Source: Pelomyxa schiedti
Lineage: Eukaryota; Protista; Evosea
Assembly: GCA_020536535.1 (NCBI GenBank)
Contig: JAHLWZ010000827.1
Coordinates: forward strand, 1 to 64,000
Reading direction: 5' to 3'
DNA length: 64,000 nt
The notes beneath the pieces are model-generated. The model made no database searches. It saw only the letters and a program-made list of their open reading frames with translations, and was not told the DNA's origin. Shown one piece after another: positions 36,905 through 51,343 of the stretch (position 1 is its first letter; every line of letters starts with the position of its first letter). The position numbers and the translations under genes are program-made.

Positions 36905-39900
36905 ATGAGCGGTGCCGCGCCCCTCAACATCAACAGGCCACGGTCGACACCCACACCCGGCGTGCAGCAGCGGTCCCAGGACCCTCCGCCTCCCACGCGC
37001 GAGTCCCCGATTAGGCCGCCATCATCTCGGCGGAACCCCCCGCCCCCGCACTCCCCCGGCGCAGCTGCCCTCGCGGCCCCCCTCACCACCGCCACCGCCA
37101 CCGCCACCACTCCTCCCTCTTCCGCCGCCCGCCGTGGCGCCCACACGCGGTCGCCGTCCCCGCCGTCGTCTTACCTGCCGCGGCCGCCGAGGGACCTGTC
37201 CCCGGCCCGCCGCGGCAGCCTAGGGGGCTCGTGCGCCGACACCGAGAGCGGCAACGACGACTGCTACGATGAGGACGACGAGGCCCGGCTTCCCCTCGAC
37301 CAACGGACCAGCGGCCGCCACTACGACTACGACAACGACGACGGCATAGACTGGCTGATGAAGCCCAGTCCGTGTCGTGATATCGCCTACGCCGACCCTG
37401 GTGACGACGACGGCGGCGGCGGCGAGGACGGCGATGGCGATGGCGACGGGGATGGGGACGAAGAGGCTTTTCTTACTTCTGATGAGGTCACTGTGCCTGG
37501 TCGCCGTGGTGGTGGTGGTACAATGACGAAGAAGACGGAGGGTGGCGCTGGAGGCACCGCCCCGGCGCCGAAGGAGAGAGACGACCCCGTGTACAATGTG
37601 CTGATGGCTCCTGAGGATAGCAGCGAGGAGTCATCCTCTGAAGTCCAAGTGGGGAGTGTGTGGTGCGGCAGTGCGCCGCAGCGCAACTCTTGCTATGCTA
37701 CCCTTCCGAACCAAGAAAGCCCACATAAGCAAAGCCATCCTTTGAGAGAGCAAACATTGGAGACTGCAACTGACCAAACTCAGAAGGACACAGCCAAGTT
37801 AGAGCCACAAATGTCTCAAAGCCCTCCTGAAAAAAAACCGCCAAGTGCCGTGGGGGAACAATACATTCACAAGGACTTTTCGGCACAGAAAGACATTGAT
37901 AAAGACGACGTAAAGCACTCTTTGTCTTCAGTACAGCCACCACTTCCAAAAAAGCCCAGAATCTCAACCAGCTGCACACCCAAATGTGGTTCTGTAACTA
38001 GTCATCCTCAACCTCAACGTTCTCCTATCAATCCTGAAGAGGGCAAAAAGCCGTGCCAGAAAAGCTTGCTCTTGGCTGAAGATAAGATTCAGTGGTTTTG
38101 TAGACAATTCAAATGTGACAGACCCGGTTTCCTTAAAATATTGACGACATGCAACTCCTCAGAAGAAGTACTTCAAAAATTACAACGACGTGGCCCTGGC
38201 AATGTGGGCACATCTTCAAAACCCCCTGAGCCCCCCCCAGTGGAGAAACAAGACTCAGATGGAATGGATAAGGTCGCACAACCAGAAGTACACAAAACTG
38301 AATTGAAGGAGTCTACCACAGAGGCCCCAGGTATCAGCGACCTCGACCCATCCACAGAGGCCACCAGTCCCAGTACCATGGAGCCACCCTTAAAAGTCTA
38401 CTGTGATAGTGTCAGCAATTGTGTTCCAGATGACTTCGCTGATGTTTGTGCAAGTAGCAGTGATGATGGAGATGCTGTACCCAGTAACGATGTTATTACT
38501 TTAAGTGATGACTCAGATTGTGCTGATAACACACACAATAAGACTTCCATACATACCGTCTCTTCTATCCCTCCAATAGTGAAACTTCACACAATTCCAG
38601 GTTAATCCTTTCTTTTGTATCTCCTACTGATATGTAAAAGCAGCAAAGCCACCTACCTCCACTGCCTCAAGAAATGTCACTGAAGAGGTACTTACAAACG
38701 AACATTATTCTTAACCAATAACTGCAGGAAAGGCATAAGATGTGCGCAACATCTAAAGAGCCTCTTATCCTCAGTGAATTGGGAGAGCCAATTATAAAAG
38801 TCCCTGATACACTCGCTTTCCAACTTATGAATTACCAGAGGGATGGAGTCAGATTCTTGTGAGTTACTGTTCTCTATCTCCCTTGCTTAAATATTGCACA
38901 GATACTCACTTTATACCAAAAATATTGGTGGCATCCTTGCAGATGGTAAGGGAGTTTTATGAATATTAAAGGATGACACATAATAGATATGGGTCTCGGC
39001 AAAACTATCCAAACTATAGCTTTTATTTCATCCTTAGCCAGTGAGCAATCTAGTGCTTTCCTCTTGGTGGTTCCAGCATCTATGCTTGAAAACTGGAGTC
39101 AAGAATTTAAAAAGGTACCAATCCATGCAACTGCACCTCTAATCGATTAGTGGGCCAAGATTAATCCTTCTATTTTACACGGAAAAGATAAGCAATGTTG
39201 TAGTTAAAGTTCTTTACAATTTCCTTACTTTTTATGAAGCACTTCTTAACACTGCGAAGAGAGGGCGAGTGAAAGTACTACTTGCCAGTTACGAGACATT
39301 CAAGTCAGTCACACTCTTCCTTTACCCCCCTCCCTTAGTAGGTTTTTTCTAGATTAAACCTTGATGAACTCAACACTATCAATTGGAATTGTATCATATT
39401 CGATGAAGTACACAAGGTAATAACTCTGACCCATACCATGGATTTTCTCATCTCTCCAAGATTAAAAATAAGGATACTACTTTGACTAAAGTATGCAAAA
39501 GCATTGCTTCCCCAAGGAGATATGGTTCTTCTCCTCCACTTTGTTTGCCTCATCTCATTTCCTCCAAAAGGTCTTACTGGCACGGTAATGCAGAACAGTT
39601 TTGAAGAGTTGTGGACTTTGATTGACTTCACAAATCCAGGTTTTTCCTTTGTTTCTCTTTTTAATGTTATCTCATGGAATTAGGCTACTTAGGCAGTCTC
39701 GACGAATTCAGAAGGAACTTCGTGGCACCAATCAAAACTGGCCAACGCCGCAATGCTACACCTTATGAAGTCAATAGAGCCAGAATGTGCTCAAAAGAAC
39801 TTGGGGCCAGGCTTCACAAGATTATTTTACGGCGGGACAAGTCTATTATTCAAGAAAAGGTATTATTCAATCAGTTTTGGATTTGTTGAACATTCCTATT

Positions 39901-42755
39901 AAGTTACCGGGGAAAGAAGATAATGTTGGTGTGTACCATCTTCCCGCTTCGAGAAAAAAAAACTAAGTAAAAAACACTTTTAGTCTTTTGCAAACTGACT
40001 GAGGTTCAAACCAGGTTACCTCCAAAACCTCTCTCCATTCTAACACCCTGAAGATGTTACCGAAGGGCCCTCGAGTCACCTGTCCTAGATAGAATCCGCC
40101 GCCATGTTGTAAAATGCCACTGTGGGTGTGCAGTGCTGCTCTCTGTGTGACGTGACGTCATATGCCACAGATCCAACAAACCTGCCAACTCTTGTCCATG
40201 CCAAGGTCTGCGAGACTCCCTTGCCCCACAAGAGAATGATTGGAAAACTGAAGGTTCATTTTTCTTTTACTTTGCATCATATCATGGGGAAAACACATTG
40301 TAGTTCTCAGGGCCATTACCCTCCTCCAGAAAACAGCCAGTCGTAAGTTCACCTCCTTTCCTGTTGGCCGCCAAAGGCGTTCAAACACTTCTTCCTCAGA
40401 TCCTTCTCTCCTCTATGCCAAAGCAGGCCAGGCAGAGGAAAAGCAAATACGGGACAAAGAATTTCAGAAAGTTGCTTTTGGGACTGATGCCGAGTTCATT
40501 AATAAATGCCATGAATGTGCCGATTTTGCCCTAATTTGTGGAAAACTGAGAGTTCTTCAGTGCCTGCTACGCAAGTGGAAAGAAGCTAGGACAAAAGCAG
40601 GCAACTTCACTAAATTCGTTTGTTAACCCTCAGCAGGTTATACTATTTTCGCACTCCACCAGAATGCTCGACATATTGGGTGAGGTTTTTTCCCCTTTCA
40701 TCTCTTCTAAGTGGTTTTTAGAGCGTTTCTTGAAAAAGTGAGCCACGTTTATGTGAAGCATTTTGACCCACTTGCAGAGAAGTTGTTACTTATAGTAGAC
40801 TTGACGGCAAAACACCTGTTGGTTCACGGCAAAGAATTGTAGACGGCTTTGAAAACGACTCACATAAACTGGTAACTTGGGTATAGTTTTTAGTCTAGTG
40901 ACCCGAATCATGTAGGTATTTCTGGCCAGTATCAAAGTTGGTGGTTTGGGACTTAATATAACAGGTACCCCTGTTTGATTTCGTTTCCCTCACTCACATC
41001 TCTTGTCAGCTGCGAATGTCGTGGTTATTTTTGAACCCGACTGGTAAAATTGCTTTTTGGGATGGAAAAATAACCAACTTACTGTAATTAAATATTCCTC
41101 AAGGAACCCCTCAGTCGATCTCCAAGCCCAAGATCGGTATTTTAAACTTCCGCTTCAGTGTTATGTGTTACACATTAATTCTCTTCAGCGCATATCGGAT
41201 TGGCCAGGACAAATTTACTTCAATATACAGACTAGTAAGTGCAGGTAGGAACGATAACTATTGGCTTTCAAGTACTCAGGAGAAACCAGGAACTATAGAA
41301 GAGAAAATATACCAGCGGCAAATTTATAAACAACAATTGGCAGGAATTGCTGGTGTGTTGCATACAACTACTTTTTTTTTCTCACTCCCCTTGAAGTTGA
41401 AGGTAATCACCTCCTGTGGGCTATTCCTTTAATCTTCCTAAGGTCAATCAGCCCCCCGCTATTTTGACGGAGTTGCAGGGGTTAAAGGCCAAGAGGGAGA
41501 ATTATTTGGCCTTGCCAACCTCTTTGTATTTAATACAGAAGAAGGGGAGGAAAATTCCCTTACCAAGGCAATTCTTAAAGGAAAAAGCAAAGAGCTTGAT
41601 TTTCATATTACCCCCCATACTGAAGTAGGTGTTAAACGACGGAAATCTATGGACAGCCTCTTTTCTGACATGTATATCTTACACAACATTTAGTGAAATT
41701 ACTAACGCAGATGAAGTGAGGCTGCCAAAGACAATAATGGCGTGTCCGTACCTGACACAAAGCCTGTGCCCAAGTCTGTGACAGTCTGCTCAAAACCCCT
41801 AGACCAAGAGGGATTACGAGCAGCAGGAGTTATCTTTAGCAGCAACCACTCAGAACTGGTTGGTGGCGAAAAGAACAGCACCCAAAGCTCCACCCCAATT
41901 GACTCCTCTCCAAATCCACCAACATCAACCACCACGACCACCACCACCACGAGCTCAACCACTCCCACAACAACGCCAACCTCGCTGCTATCACCCCAAC
42001 CCCTGCGCCACTCCCCGTTCTCCCCATTGCCGCTTTCAGCCAACAGCAACAACAACAACAACAACAACAAGCCACATTCACCAAGAGCAGCAGCAGCAGC
42101 AGCCCCACCAGGGCCGCCGCCGCCTATCGTCCGACAATCGCTCTCACCAACGTCGCCGGTCAAGCACAGGATCCCCGGCCCCGCCGGCGACTTGTACCAG
42201 CCCCGCGGCGGCGGCACGGGCACGAGCAGGCCCTCTGTCGGCCGGTTCTCCGCCGCGGACGACTACGACTACGACGACGACGAGATCATCGAGGACGACT
42301 GGTCATCATCCACATCCACGACGGCCCGCGGCCGCCTCGCCCCGCCGCCTCGGCGCTCCTCAGTCAGGGGGGGCTCGTCGTCCGCCTCGGCCGCGGCGTC
42401 GTCCTCCCTGTCACACAACCTGCTCCCACCACCAAAAAGCAAGCTCTCACTGCACCTTGGCTCACAGCAGCAGAAATCCGCCCCCCTCCTTTCCTTTTTT
42501 GCATCATCATCAACAACAACATCGTCGTCATCGCGCAGCCGGCACACAATCCAGCGCCGCACTTGCGCATCAACATCAGCAGCACATACAACTCGGCATG
42601 ACGATATCGAAGAAATCGAAGACGCCTCAGACGATCCTGACGACGAACCCTGCCGGCTCTTGGGCAAAAGGCCACACACTTCCCCTGCCAAGCCACACTC
42701 GCCCCCCTCGGCACTCACAATGACCCACTCCCCGTCAAAACCAAAAAAGCACTAG
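36905..42755 (+). CDS. ERCC6L2: ERCC6L2/RAD26L-like SNF2 ATPase with long disordered termini
   Basis: QLMNYQRDGVRFL, GGILAD|DMGLGKTIQ, IFDEVHK, G|LTGTVMQNSFEELW, CGKLRVL, VILFSHSTRMLDIL, GGLGLNIT, W|NPSVDLQAQDR|AYRIGQ, and the subfamily motif RYFDGVAGVKGQEGELFGLANLF. Confidence 0.88.
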
Positions 42756-42850
42756 TGCAATGCCACTCCACTCATTGCCCAATGTGAGATCAGCCGGTTT
42801 CCGTGAACAAAGCCAGCACTAAAAACAAACTTTTTTCCCCCCCCCCTTTA

Positions 42851-44684
42851 ATGCGCACGTACCAGCACACGTCTTTGTTCCCCGACTACGACGACGAAGA
42901 CGACGGCGACGGTGACGCGTCGTCCCCTATTGCTCGCAACAACGCCGCAAGTGGCAGCAATTACTTTCACATCCCATCATCGTCGCCATCCCCACTCACT
43001 CTACCAAGAACAACGACTACCACCACCACGACATCAACAGGTAGTAGCAGGGGGGCAGCGGCGTCGATGGCTATCTCTGGCACCAACAGTCCCATAATTG
43101 AGAGCAGGAGCCCCACCGGCTGCGGTGATGGCGGTGGTGGTGGCGACGGCGAAGGCGCCTCTGAGTGTTTGATGGCGTTGGCGACTCCAGGGGTGTTGAC
43201 GGACCCTGAGAAATACATCGCGGTGGCGGCGGAAACCATCGTAGCCGGCATCGTGAAGCCCGGCGTTGGTACTGACCAACTCATGCACGACGTGATCGCG
43301 TTCGCCTCTGCTCATGAGGTATTATGGGTGGTTTTGCTCTTTTATTGTTGCTACTATGCTGTTATTTATGGGCATTTTATTTTTATTTTATTTTTCTCCA
43401 CGTCGTTCTTGGTAACTCACAGCCTGTGAAAGAAAGAATGGACAGAGGCACTGGGAAAGAGAGCTCCACGAGTGCTACAGTCAATGGCTTCTATGATGGA
43501 AGCCACAAGCTCTTCAGAAGAGTCACAGTCACTTTGTGCAAACGTGTTATGCTCAATGTGCTGCCTATCTTTGAAGGTTTTTCTCGAAACTCATTGTCCA
43601 CGAGCAAACATCCTCGTAGATACGAGATGCTTTACCTGACTCACCTGCTCTTCCTGCTCTCTTAAAGTCGACTGAAAATGCCATGAATTCTCCAAGCCTA
43701 GTTGGTTTCACAATGGTTGTACTTGCTCGGTTGAGTACAAACGATTTCACACGCCCAGTTTTATTTACAAAAGACTGGGCTATTGTTGGAACTGTTTTGA
43801 GGGCAATGTCATTGCACTCAAACACAAAGGACATACAATCAGCTGGATGCCAAATCATTGGAAACATTTCATATGTTGCCGTTAAAAGAACAGCACAGGA
43901 CATGTCAAGCAAAACTCCGAACTTCCTCAACTCTGGCCCATTGGACATGGTGATAAAAGCAATCCAGCTGCTAATTGCAGCTCTCTGTACTCACAAATCC
44001 GACAACGACGTTCAGTATCGCGGCTCCAGTGCCTTGGTCAATGTAACATACCACCCGGAATGGTGCTGGTTTGCTCACAGGCTAGGTGCCCAGAACGCCC
44101 TATACGGCGCACTCTCCAGCTGCTCAGCGAATCCCGTGGTTGTGTCACGCGCACTTTCAGCATTGGTGAATATTGCCATCGATGGCCGGACAACAACCAG
44201 GCCGATAACGGCCCAGATACCAACAACGGGCGCCTCCCACGCGTCCGTCGAATCAACGGCAACTGCAACAGCAGCCGCTTTGGTAGCCAAAACCCCGCCG
44301 CCGCCGGTCGACACCTGTGCGGCTTTCACGGCGGTGATTGCGGCCCTAAAGCAGCACATGGACAGCGCCAACATCATTACGCAGGGAACGCGGCTGATCC
44401 GGCTCACTGCACTACAGGACCCCAGCCACCTCCGCATACTCCAGAAGGTGGGGGCCGTGGATTGTATGATAGAACTGATAAACAGCCCGATATGTGATGA
44501 TTCCAAGGTGAGGGTGTATGTGGACCGGGCATTGGAATCCCTGCAGGACCCGGTGAGCAGCACAGGCTGGTTCACCTACATTGTGGCAAAAATCATTGGT
44601 GGGGCTGATTTGAGCGGCATTGGCGTTGGCGTTGGGCCGGCTGTCGAGGACTTGGAGTTGAACTCTTTCGCTGTAATAAACTAG
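42851..44684 (+). CDS. Armadillo-repeat hypothetical protein, 2 introns
   Basis: Repeated ARM-like units: VLRAMSLHSNTKDIQSAGCQIIGNI, LIAALCTHKSDNDVQYRGSSALVNV, VIAALKQHMDSANIITQGTRLI. Confidence 0.65.
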
Positions 44685-44804
44685 GTTTTAGAGAATTTCG
44701 AGCATTTTCTATTTTTCTTTTTAATTGTTGGTGTGGCTTTGATGCGTATCTACTACACGAACATATCACAGAAAACCAAACACAAGAAAGGGGAAAAAAA
44801 AAAA

Positions 44805-47800
44805 ATGAGTGGAGGAGATCCGAGACCCGCATCGCTTATCACCGAATGGGTGACGGAGATCCAGACGTGCACCGGCGATCCTGTTTTTGCGATGAAGAAG
44901 CTGGTTGTTGCGTATGCCGCGGACATAGACGCGAGAAAGAAGGCGAGAGCGACCAAAAAGAACGCGTGTGCAAACGCTGGAGGCGATAAAGAAGATCCTG
45001 AGCCTAATCTCTACTCGAAAGCATTTGATTTTTTGCGGCAGCTTTGCCCCGAGAGGTTATTTACAGCGCTGTTTTCTGTTTTGGAAGATACCAGCCTTGG
45101 GGTTAACGTTTGTGCCAACAGTAGGCACCGTGCTTCCTTGTAACATCGCACTCTAGGTTAGAAGAGTTGCGGGCAATGAACTTGCTACTGCCATAGCAGA
45201 TGAAGAGTTTCCGTGCTGGGAGGCCATTAGCCGGACTACTCAAGAGCAACTCAAGGTGACTAAATCCTTGGAAAGCCAATGTTTTTTACAGGAGAAAAAA
45301 AAAGCCCAGGTTGCTCCACCTCATCAAGTCAGAAAGGTCTCTCAAAGTCCTTGACCTCCTATGTGAAATGTCTGCTGCTCTGGCTGTTAAAGCTACCCCA
45401 CCAATTCAAGGGCTATTGCAGCTGGTCCTGCACTTGACAAAATCTGCAGTCAGTTCCATCAATCATTTATTTTTTTTACCAAAGTGAGCTCAGGATCAAA
45501 ACCACCGTTATGCTGCCTTCACAATGCTGTCCTGCCTAAGCCTGGCAATGGATGATACTATTGCTCAGCCTTTTCTTGGTCAACTTGTCCCATGGTTTCA
45601 TCTGGGAATGAAAGATAAAAGCCCATTGGTTTCCTCTAAAAAAACCCCAACAGTATTTTACATCTTTAGGTCCAAACTGAAGCTGCTTGTTGCATATGCT
45701 TTTTTGCAGAATTGTTTTCTGGAAATCACAAGTACTTCCCACAATTGCAGAGCTTCTACCCAATTATCATGGAGGTGCATTGCTGTTCATTTTTTTAGAT
45801 GATCTGACTTCAAGATAGTTTTTGACCACATCAGTTTGGCAGAAACAAGAAAAATATGCACTGAAGGTTCTGAAGCAGTTCAATTCAATGTTACCTAGTG
45901 TTCCAAACTTTTTCACTCCAAATTTAAATGATTTTGTTTCTTCACTACTGCTTGTTGCCTCTTCTCCCATTCAAGATGGCAAGTAAAGTTCTCTGGCTTA
46001 GTTGCCTTGTTCACGTTCAATTCAAAAGATGTACGATTTGAGTCTATTGAAGTCCTAGTTTCATTGGCTGAGACTGTGCCAAACATAAAACGGTATCATT
46101 GCACATGCCATATTATCACTCAAGTTCACAGCCGTTATCCTACTTTTGTGTCAACGTTTATCCCTTTCCTTTTGGAGCAAGTCAGTGCAATTAAGGAGGA
46201 AGAAAATTGGGACACGACTTTCTCTAGAGATCCAGAGTCCAACCCAACAGTGGCTTTAGCTGAACAGTCACTAGACAGGATGGCTCTTGCATTGGGTTTC
46301 TCTGCTCTTATTCTACTTTATCTTACAGACAATTCTTTCCAGGAGGGCGAACTGTAGCCCCTGTAGTTTTATCTGTTGTTCAACCCATGCTAGCAAATAA
46401 AGGAGACTGGAAGCAAAGAGTTGGAGGACTTATTTCTCTTGCCGTTTGTGCTGAAGGGTGCCGAAAAGCCTTTTCTGCACGCATGGGTGAAGTAATAAGG
46501 TACTTTTTCCCAACTACGTTTGGAAATTCAATATTTCAGGCCTGTAATCGAGGGATTCAGTGATGAGCACCCACAAGTACGCTGGGCTGCCTGCCATTGC
46601 ATTGGATGCTTTGCTAGCGATATCGTGTGTATTGCGTTCAGTAACTTACTTATGACACTTTGGGAAAGCCTAGATTCAATGTAGACTTCATGCACGATGT
46701 TATGCCACCTCTGATGAGGTGCACTAATGATACTTCTTTACGGTTATCCACAAGAAATGTATCAGATAGTTCTCTACTAACAAACTGACCAGTGTCAAAG
46801 TAAATTGCCTAAATTCATTGGCCGAATTCATTAGAGATAGTCCTTATGAAATATTTCTGCCATACCTCCCTGGTCTCCTGCAACAGCTCCTTTTATTTCT
46901 AGGACATCAGTGGGTCAACTCTAGAAAATATGTACAAAAACCTAAGAAATTTAAGGCACGCGGTAGTGGTAGATGCTTCCTTAGTTCTCTTATCAGAGGT
47001 TGTAAGAACATGTGAAACCCGCTTTGTTGAGGTAAGTTTGAGTTGCCAGTTGTATCTCAGAACTCATCCTTGTAGTTTTATGATCAATTTTTACCAGTTT
47101 TGAAAAGGTATTTGTTTTTTCCTCTTTGGTTCTCATTATTTGCAGTTTACTGAAGTCTGTAAGTGGTTGTCCTGAAAAAAGTCACATACGGTATACTGCT
47201 ATAGAATGCATCAGTTTGATTGGTATTTATGGCACTTTCCAGTTGTAGAGATCTCATATTGGCTTTCCTTTAGCTATTGCTGTTGGAAAAGAAAAATTTC
47301 GCAGTGATGTACCAGAAATTATCCCTGAATTACTCCACCTTTTTGGGGTACGGCTATTGCTAGTTCTAATTTCTCAATTTCCACTAGGATATGGATGTCA
47401 CTGCAGACCACGAGAAGGCATCCTATCTCCACACAGCATTATGCAGGCTTGCTGAGTGTTTGTCTAGGGATTTCGTGCCATTTATGAACATAGTAATGCC
47501 ACCCCTGCTTAAAACAGCCTCTCAATCAATTGATCTGGAAAATGCTACTGCAATAGGTAAACATTTGAAACGTTGAGTATGCAAATAGATGTTGCCTTTA
47601 GGAGATGATTTCCAAGAAAGAGTTGATGCTAAAGCAGAAGCCCTCCAATTACTCGCCATTTATGCTTCTGATTTGAAAGAAGACTTCTTTCCGTACATAG
47701 AGCAGGTTATGCCGTTAGTGGAGGATTCTATTGGGCATCCCTGGAGTATTGGTGGGCCTGTGGTAGAAATTAATTAAACTCTAAGGACTTATTGTAATTG

Positions 47801-49309
47801 CATGTAGAAATACGAAAAGCTGCTGCCCTACTAGTCCCTGCTCTCATACACTGCCTAAAATTCCAACCCCAAAGTGATGATTCCGCCCCCCGTCCTCCCC
47901 CTGATCAAAGCCCGGCATCGCCAACTGGTGTAGCTTCTCCTAGATTCCGTATTTGGAATACTCTCTTCCGATGTCTTATCAACACAACCGAGAATGAAAG
48001 CGAAATCGAAGTTTTGAATGAGCAAACTAGTGCTCTGTCGGAAGTATGATGGATTAACCCTTTGGCGATTTACATTATTCAGTCAATGTCTGCAGTTGAT
48101 AGTCAGCTTTTTACTACTCAACATGCCGAGATGGTTGTGTCTTTGGGTATTAGTCTTCTTTCCTCTTGGCAGAGAACCAATGATCGGAAACAAGGTCTAT
48201 TCTCTTCTGTTGTTGGACACTTTTTTTACAGACAGTAGCTGAGAGGACTGTCCCTGGTCTCACAGCAGAGGAACTTGCCGAGATTATTGAAAATGATGAT
48301 GATGAAGAAATCTACGATGCTATGTCATCGGTAGGAATGGACTATGTGGCAAATACGTCTTTCTAATATTCATGAAAAAGGTTGTAGACCTCCTGAGGAA
48401 GGCTGGCCTACTTCAAAAGGAGTACTATTTAGAACATTTTAGGTCAAGAATACACGACACAGCCATGTTATTACTGGTATCTACCCCTCACTTTATTATC
48501 TGAAATTAATTGAAACAGGACCCAGCTCGTCCAGAGCGTGAGAAGTGTGTTTCTATCTGCCTTTATGATGACCTCGTTGACCTGTCATGGTAGCAGAGAT
48601 GCTAATACCGCCATCCATCCTAATTCATGTCTTTCAAGGGAATGTGCAAGTGAGATGTTCGGCCAATTCATTGAGCCATTGCTTACATATGCGAGAGCAG
48701 AAGACTCGCTGCTGCGACAGTCGGCAGCATATGGCCTGGGTAAATTTACCGACTCTTTACACGAAGTTAACGGAGGCATAGGTACCATTGCACAAAAAGC
48801 TGGGGATGCTTTTGCTCCTCATGCAATGCCGGCAGTCCTTGCTCTCAGTGGTTCTGTTAAGGAGCCAAAGGCAAGAAGCAAGGAATATATCTTTGCCACT
48901 GAAAACGCCATTTCTTCTATTCTTAAAATATGCATATCACAAAGTAGTACCACTTTTCTTTAAACCCACCCCTAACAAGATCGATTTCAGGCAAGCATGT
49001 TCCTGCGGAACAAATACTCCCAGTGTGGTTGTACACTCTTCCTCTTCTGAGAGATGAGGAAGAAGGTCATTATGTTTATTCCACTCTTTGCACTTTACTT
49101 GAGAGGTATCTCAATACGTTGGACTCGTGTAACTATGTGCAGTTCTTGCCCGTTTCTACTTGGACCTAACTTTGAACACCTGGAACACATTGTGAAAGTA
49201 TTTGCTGCGGTAGCCAATACAGACTTGGTGACTCCTGAAACAAACATGCGGATGGCGGCAATTCTCCAAAGATATTTGACTCAGGACCCTTCCTCCACAC
49301 CGCAAACAC

Positions 49310-49361
<52 letters not shown>

Positions 49362-49381
49362 GCCAACGCCAACGCCAACGC

Positions 49382-49419
<38 letters not shown>

Positions 49420-49566
49420 ACACAACCAACAAGCAAGCCCAACACGCCTAGCAAGTTGCAAACCGCTATCACACACATTTTCATGCAACTTCCAGTACCA
49501 GCCAGGGAAAATTTACACAAACTGCAGGAGGAATTCCTCAAAAGCACAAGTAAAGGTGGTTGTTGA
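44805..49566 (+). CDS. IPO5: Importin-5/Kap121-like karyopherin-beta (HEAT repeats)
   Basis: LAEQSLDRMALALG, DWKQRVGGLISLAVCAEGC, DEHPQVRWAACHCIG, AIECISLI|AIAVGKEKF, DFVPFMNIVMPPLLKTAS, LRQSAAYGLG, ATENAISSILKI, WLYTLPLLRDEEEG. Confidence 0.88.
49312..49413 (+). repeat. Coding hexamer microsatellite (ACAGCA)n/(ACGCCA)n encoding (TA)n(TP)n
   Basis: Directly visible tandem hexamers in the last importin exon. Confidence 0.95.
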
Positions 49567-49630
49567 CCCGACTATGAACAAGAAAAGCTTTTTTTTTAAA
49601 TGTTACACCACGAATTTCCTTGACTTTTTG

Positions 49631-51106
49631 TCAAGGGAACAACCCAAGTGCACGGTGGTACTCTATCTGTTCACGAATAAGTGCCTCCGTGATAAGTGGA
49701 TGCTGGTATGCAAAGCCGGTTCTCTCAATTGCAGTGCCGTCAACGTGGGTGTGATTGCTGTAGAGTACTTCTTGGTCAAGGTACGGCGTAAGTGGTGTGT
49801 TGGCAATGTGGGCGGCCTGTGATGCCATTAAATAAATTATGGTGAGTGTGTCCCTGTGGAAATATACCTTACATAGCTCAGACCACGGTTTAAGGTGCTT
49901 GTCATTGACCTCTTCCGCGGTGGACTTGAAGTTCATCTTCGCCAAGTTGGACATAATGGTGCCAAAGAATCCAGTCTTGATGCCAAAGATTCCTTCTAGT
50001 ACTGCGTTGAACTTGCCTTGTGCTTTATTTGTTTTTTGGTTGGTTGTCAAGACATGCACAGAGGTTTAGAGATGATTACTTGTATCGTTTTTGTCACATA
50101 AGTTATAAAGAGCACCGACGGGCAAAGTGGTTGCACCATGCCACATTGCACGACATACATCAAGAACGTGAACAGTATTGATGCCTAGGCCCTCCCCCTT
50201 TCAATGTGTGACTGGAGTGTTACTTGGATAAAAAAAAACTCACCCACAAGAACTTCATCTTTTCCCCTAAGTGTTTATATACCGCTGCACAAATTACACG
50301 AGGTTCTGGAATGGCTGGTTAAAAAAATGAAGATTTGAAACAACACACCCAGTCCTGTAAGATCTCCAGGTCCATACACAATAGCAGGGCGGAAAATAAC
50401 CAATGGAAGGCTACAAGTTCAATGTTAACCACAGACTCGTGAAGTGGTGTATTACCCAGGAATGGCTTTCAGGGTAGCCTCAGTCTGTAGATGTACCTTG
50501 GCCAGAGTAGTCCATGGGGAAAGTTTGGTATCGGTCTCTCTGCCAATTTTTCCTGAGCCGTCATAAACTTGGGCAGAGGAAAGTTGAATGAACTTCTGGA
50601 CCTATAGCCCGATTTACACATAATTATTACACTCTAAGAAGGAACATGGTTTGTCATTGCGGCGTTGGCAAGTTTGACACAGAGGTCACGAGTCTTTTCA
50701 AGGTAAATGTCTTCTTCCTGGCCGTACTTTGTTTCCGCGGCACAGTTGAACACATACTGGTATTGGTATCCTCCCTCAGCAAAGCAGTTTGCAATCGAAG
50801 CTGAAGTAAAAAAAAAAAAGTACCAGATATTTAAGTCATGCAGCCCCACCATACAAAAACAAAACTGTATTCAAACACAAGACCAAAGAACACACTTGGA
50901 TTAGTCAAGTTTCCTTGTTTGAAAAGCACATTAGGTCGCTCATAAACAGAGGCGTGTGCAGCGCTCAGGTTAGCCGTCTGTGGGAACACCTTGTCTACGA
51001 CCCGCACGTAGTTGCACAGATCTTGCGTGACCAAGAAATGGACGAGATTCCTCCCTATAAACCCCGTTCCTCCAAACACGATCGCATTTGGCTTGGTTGC
51101 TGCCAT
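49631..51106 (-). CDS. NAD-dependent epimerase/dehydratase family protein (atypical extended SDR)
   Basis: AIVFGGTGFIGRNLV Rossmann motif, VRVVDK, YVFNCAAETKYGQ, FRPAIVYGPGD, INTVHVLDVCRAMWH, TPLTPYLDQEVL. Confidence 0.88.
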
Positions 51107-51343
51107 CTCGTCTCGCGTAGGTTTTTTTTTTATGGTTATTTTACCGGATGTAGATCTTGCACTTCGCCGTTTGAAGGGTTGTTTTTTTTTTCCCTTCGTC
51201 GATCTACAAGGTTTTTGTGTTGCAACTGCTACACATAAGAATTTGCCGGGGTCCGTTTTTGGTGGGCATTGATAATTAATTAAATAACATTCAGATAAAG
51301 AGTATGTGGAGAAACCACAGGGTGCTTTTTACATAGCTATGGC

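Noticed and set aside
41702-42723. Poly-Leu, poly-Cys and poly-Gln ORFs
   Set aside because: Other frames of trinucleotide repeats in the last ERCC6L2 exon.
49156-49547. Cys-rich and Leu-rich antisense peptides
   Set aside because: Antisense readings of the (ACAGCA)n microsatellite.
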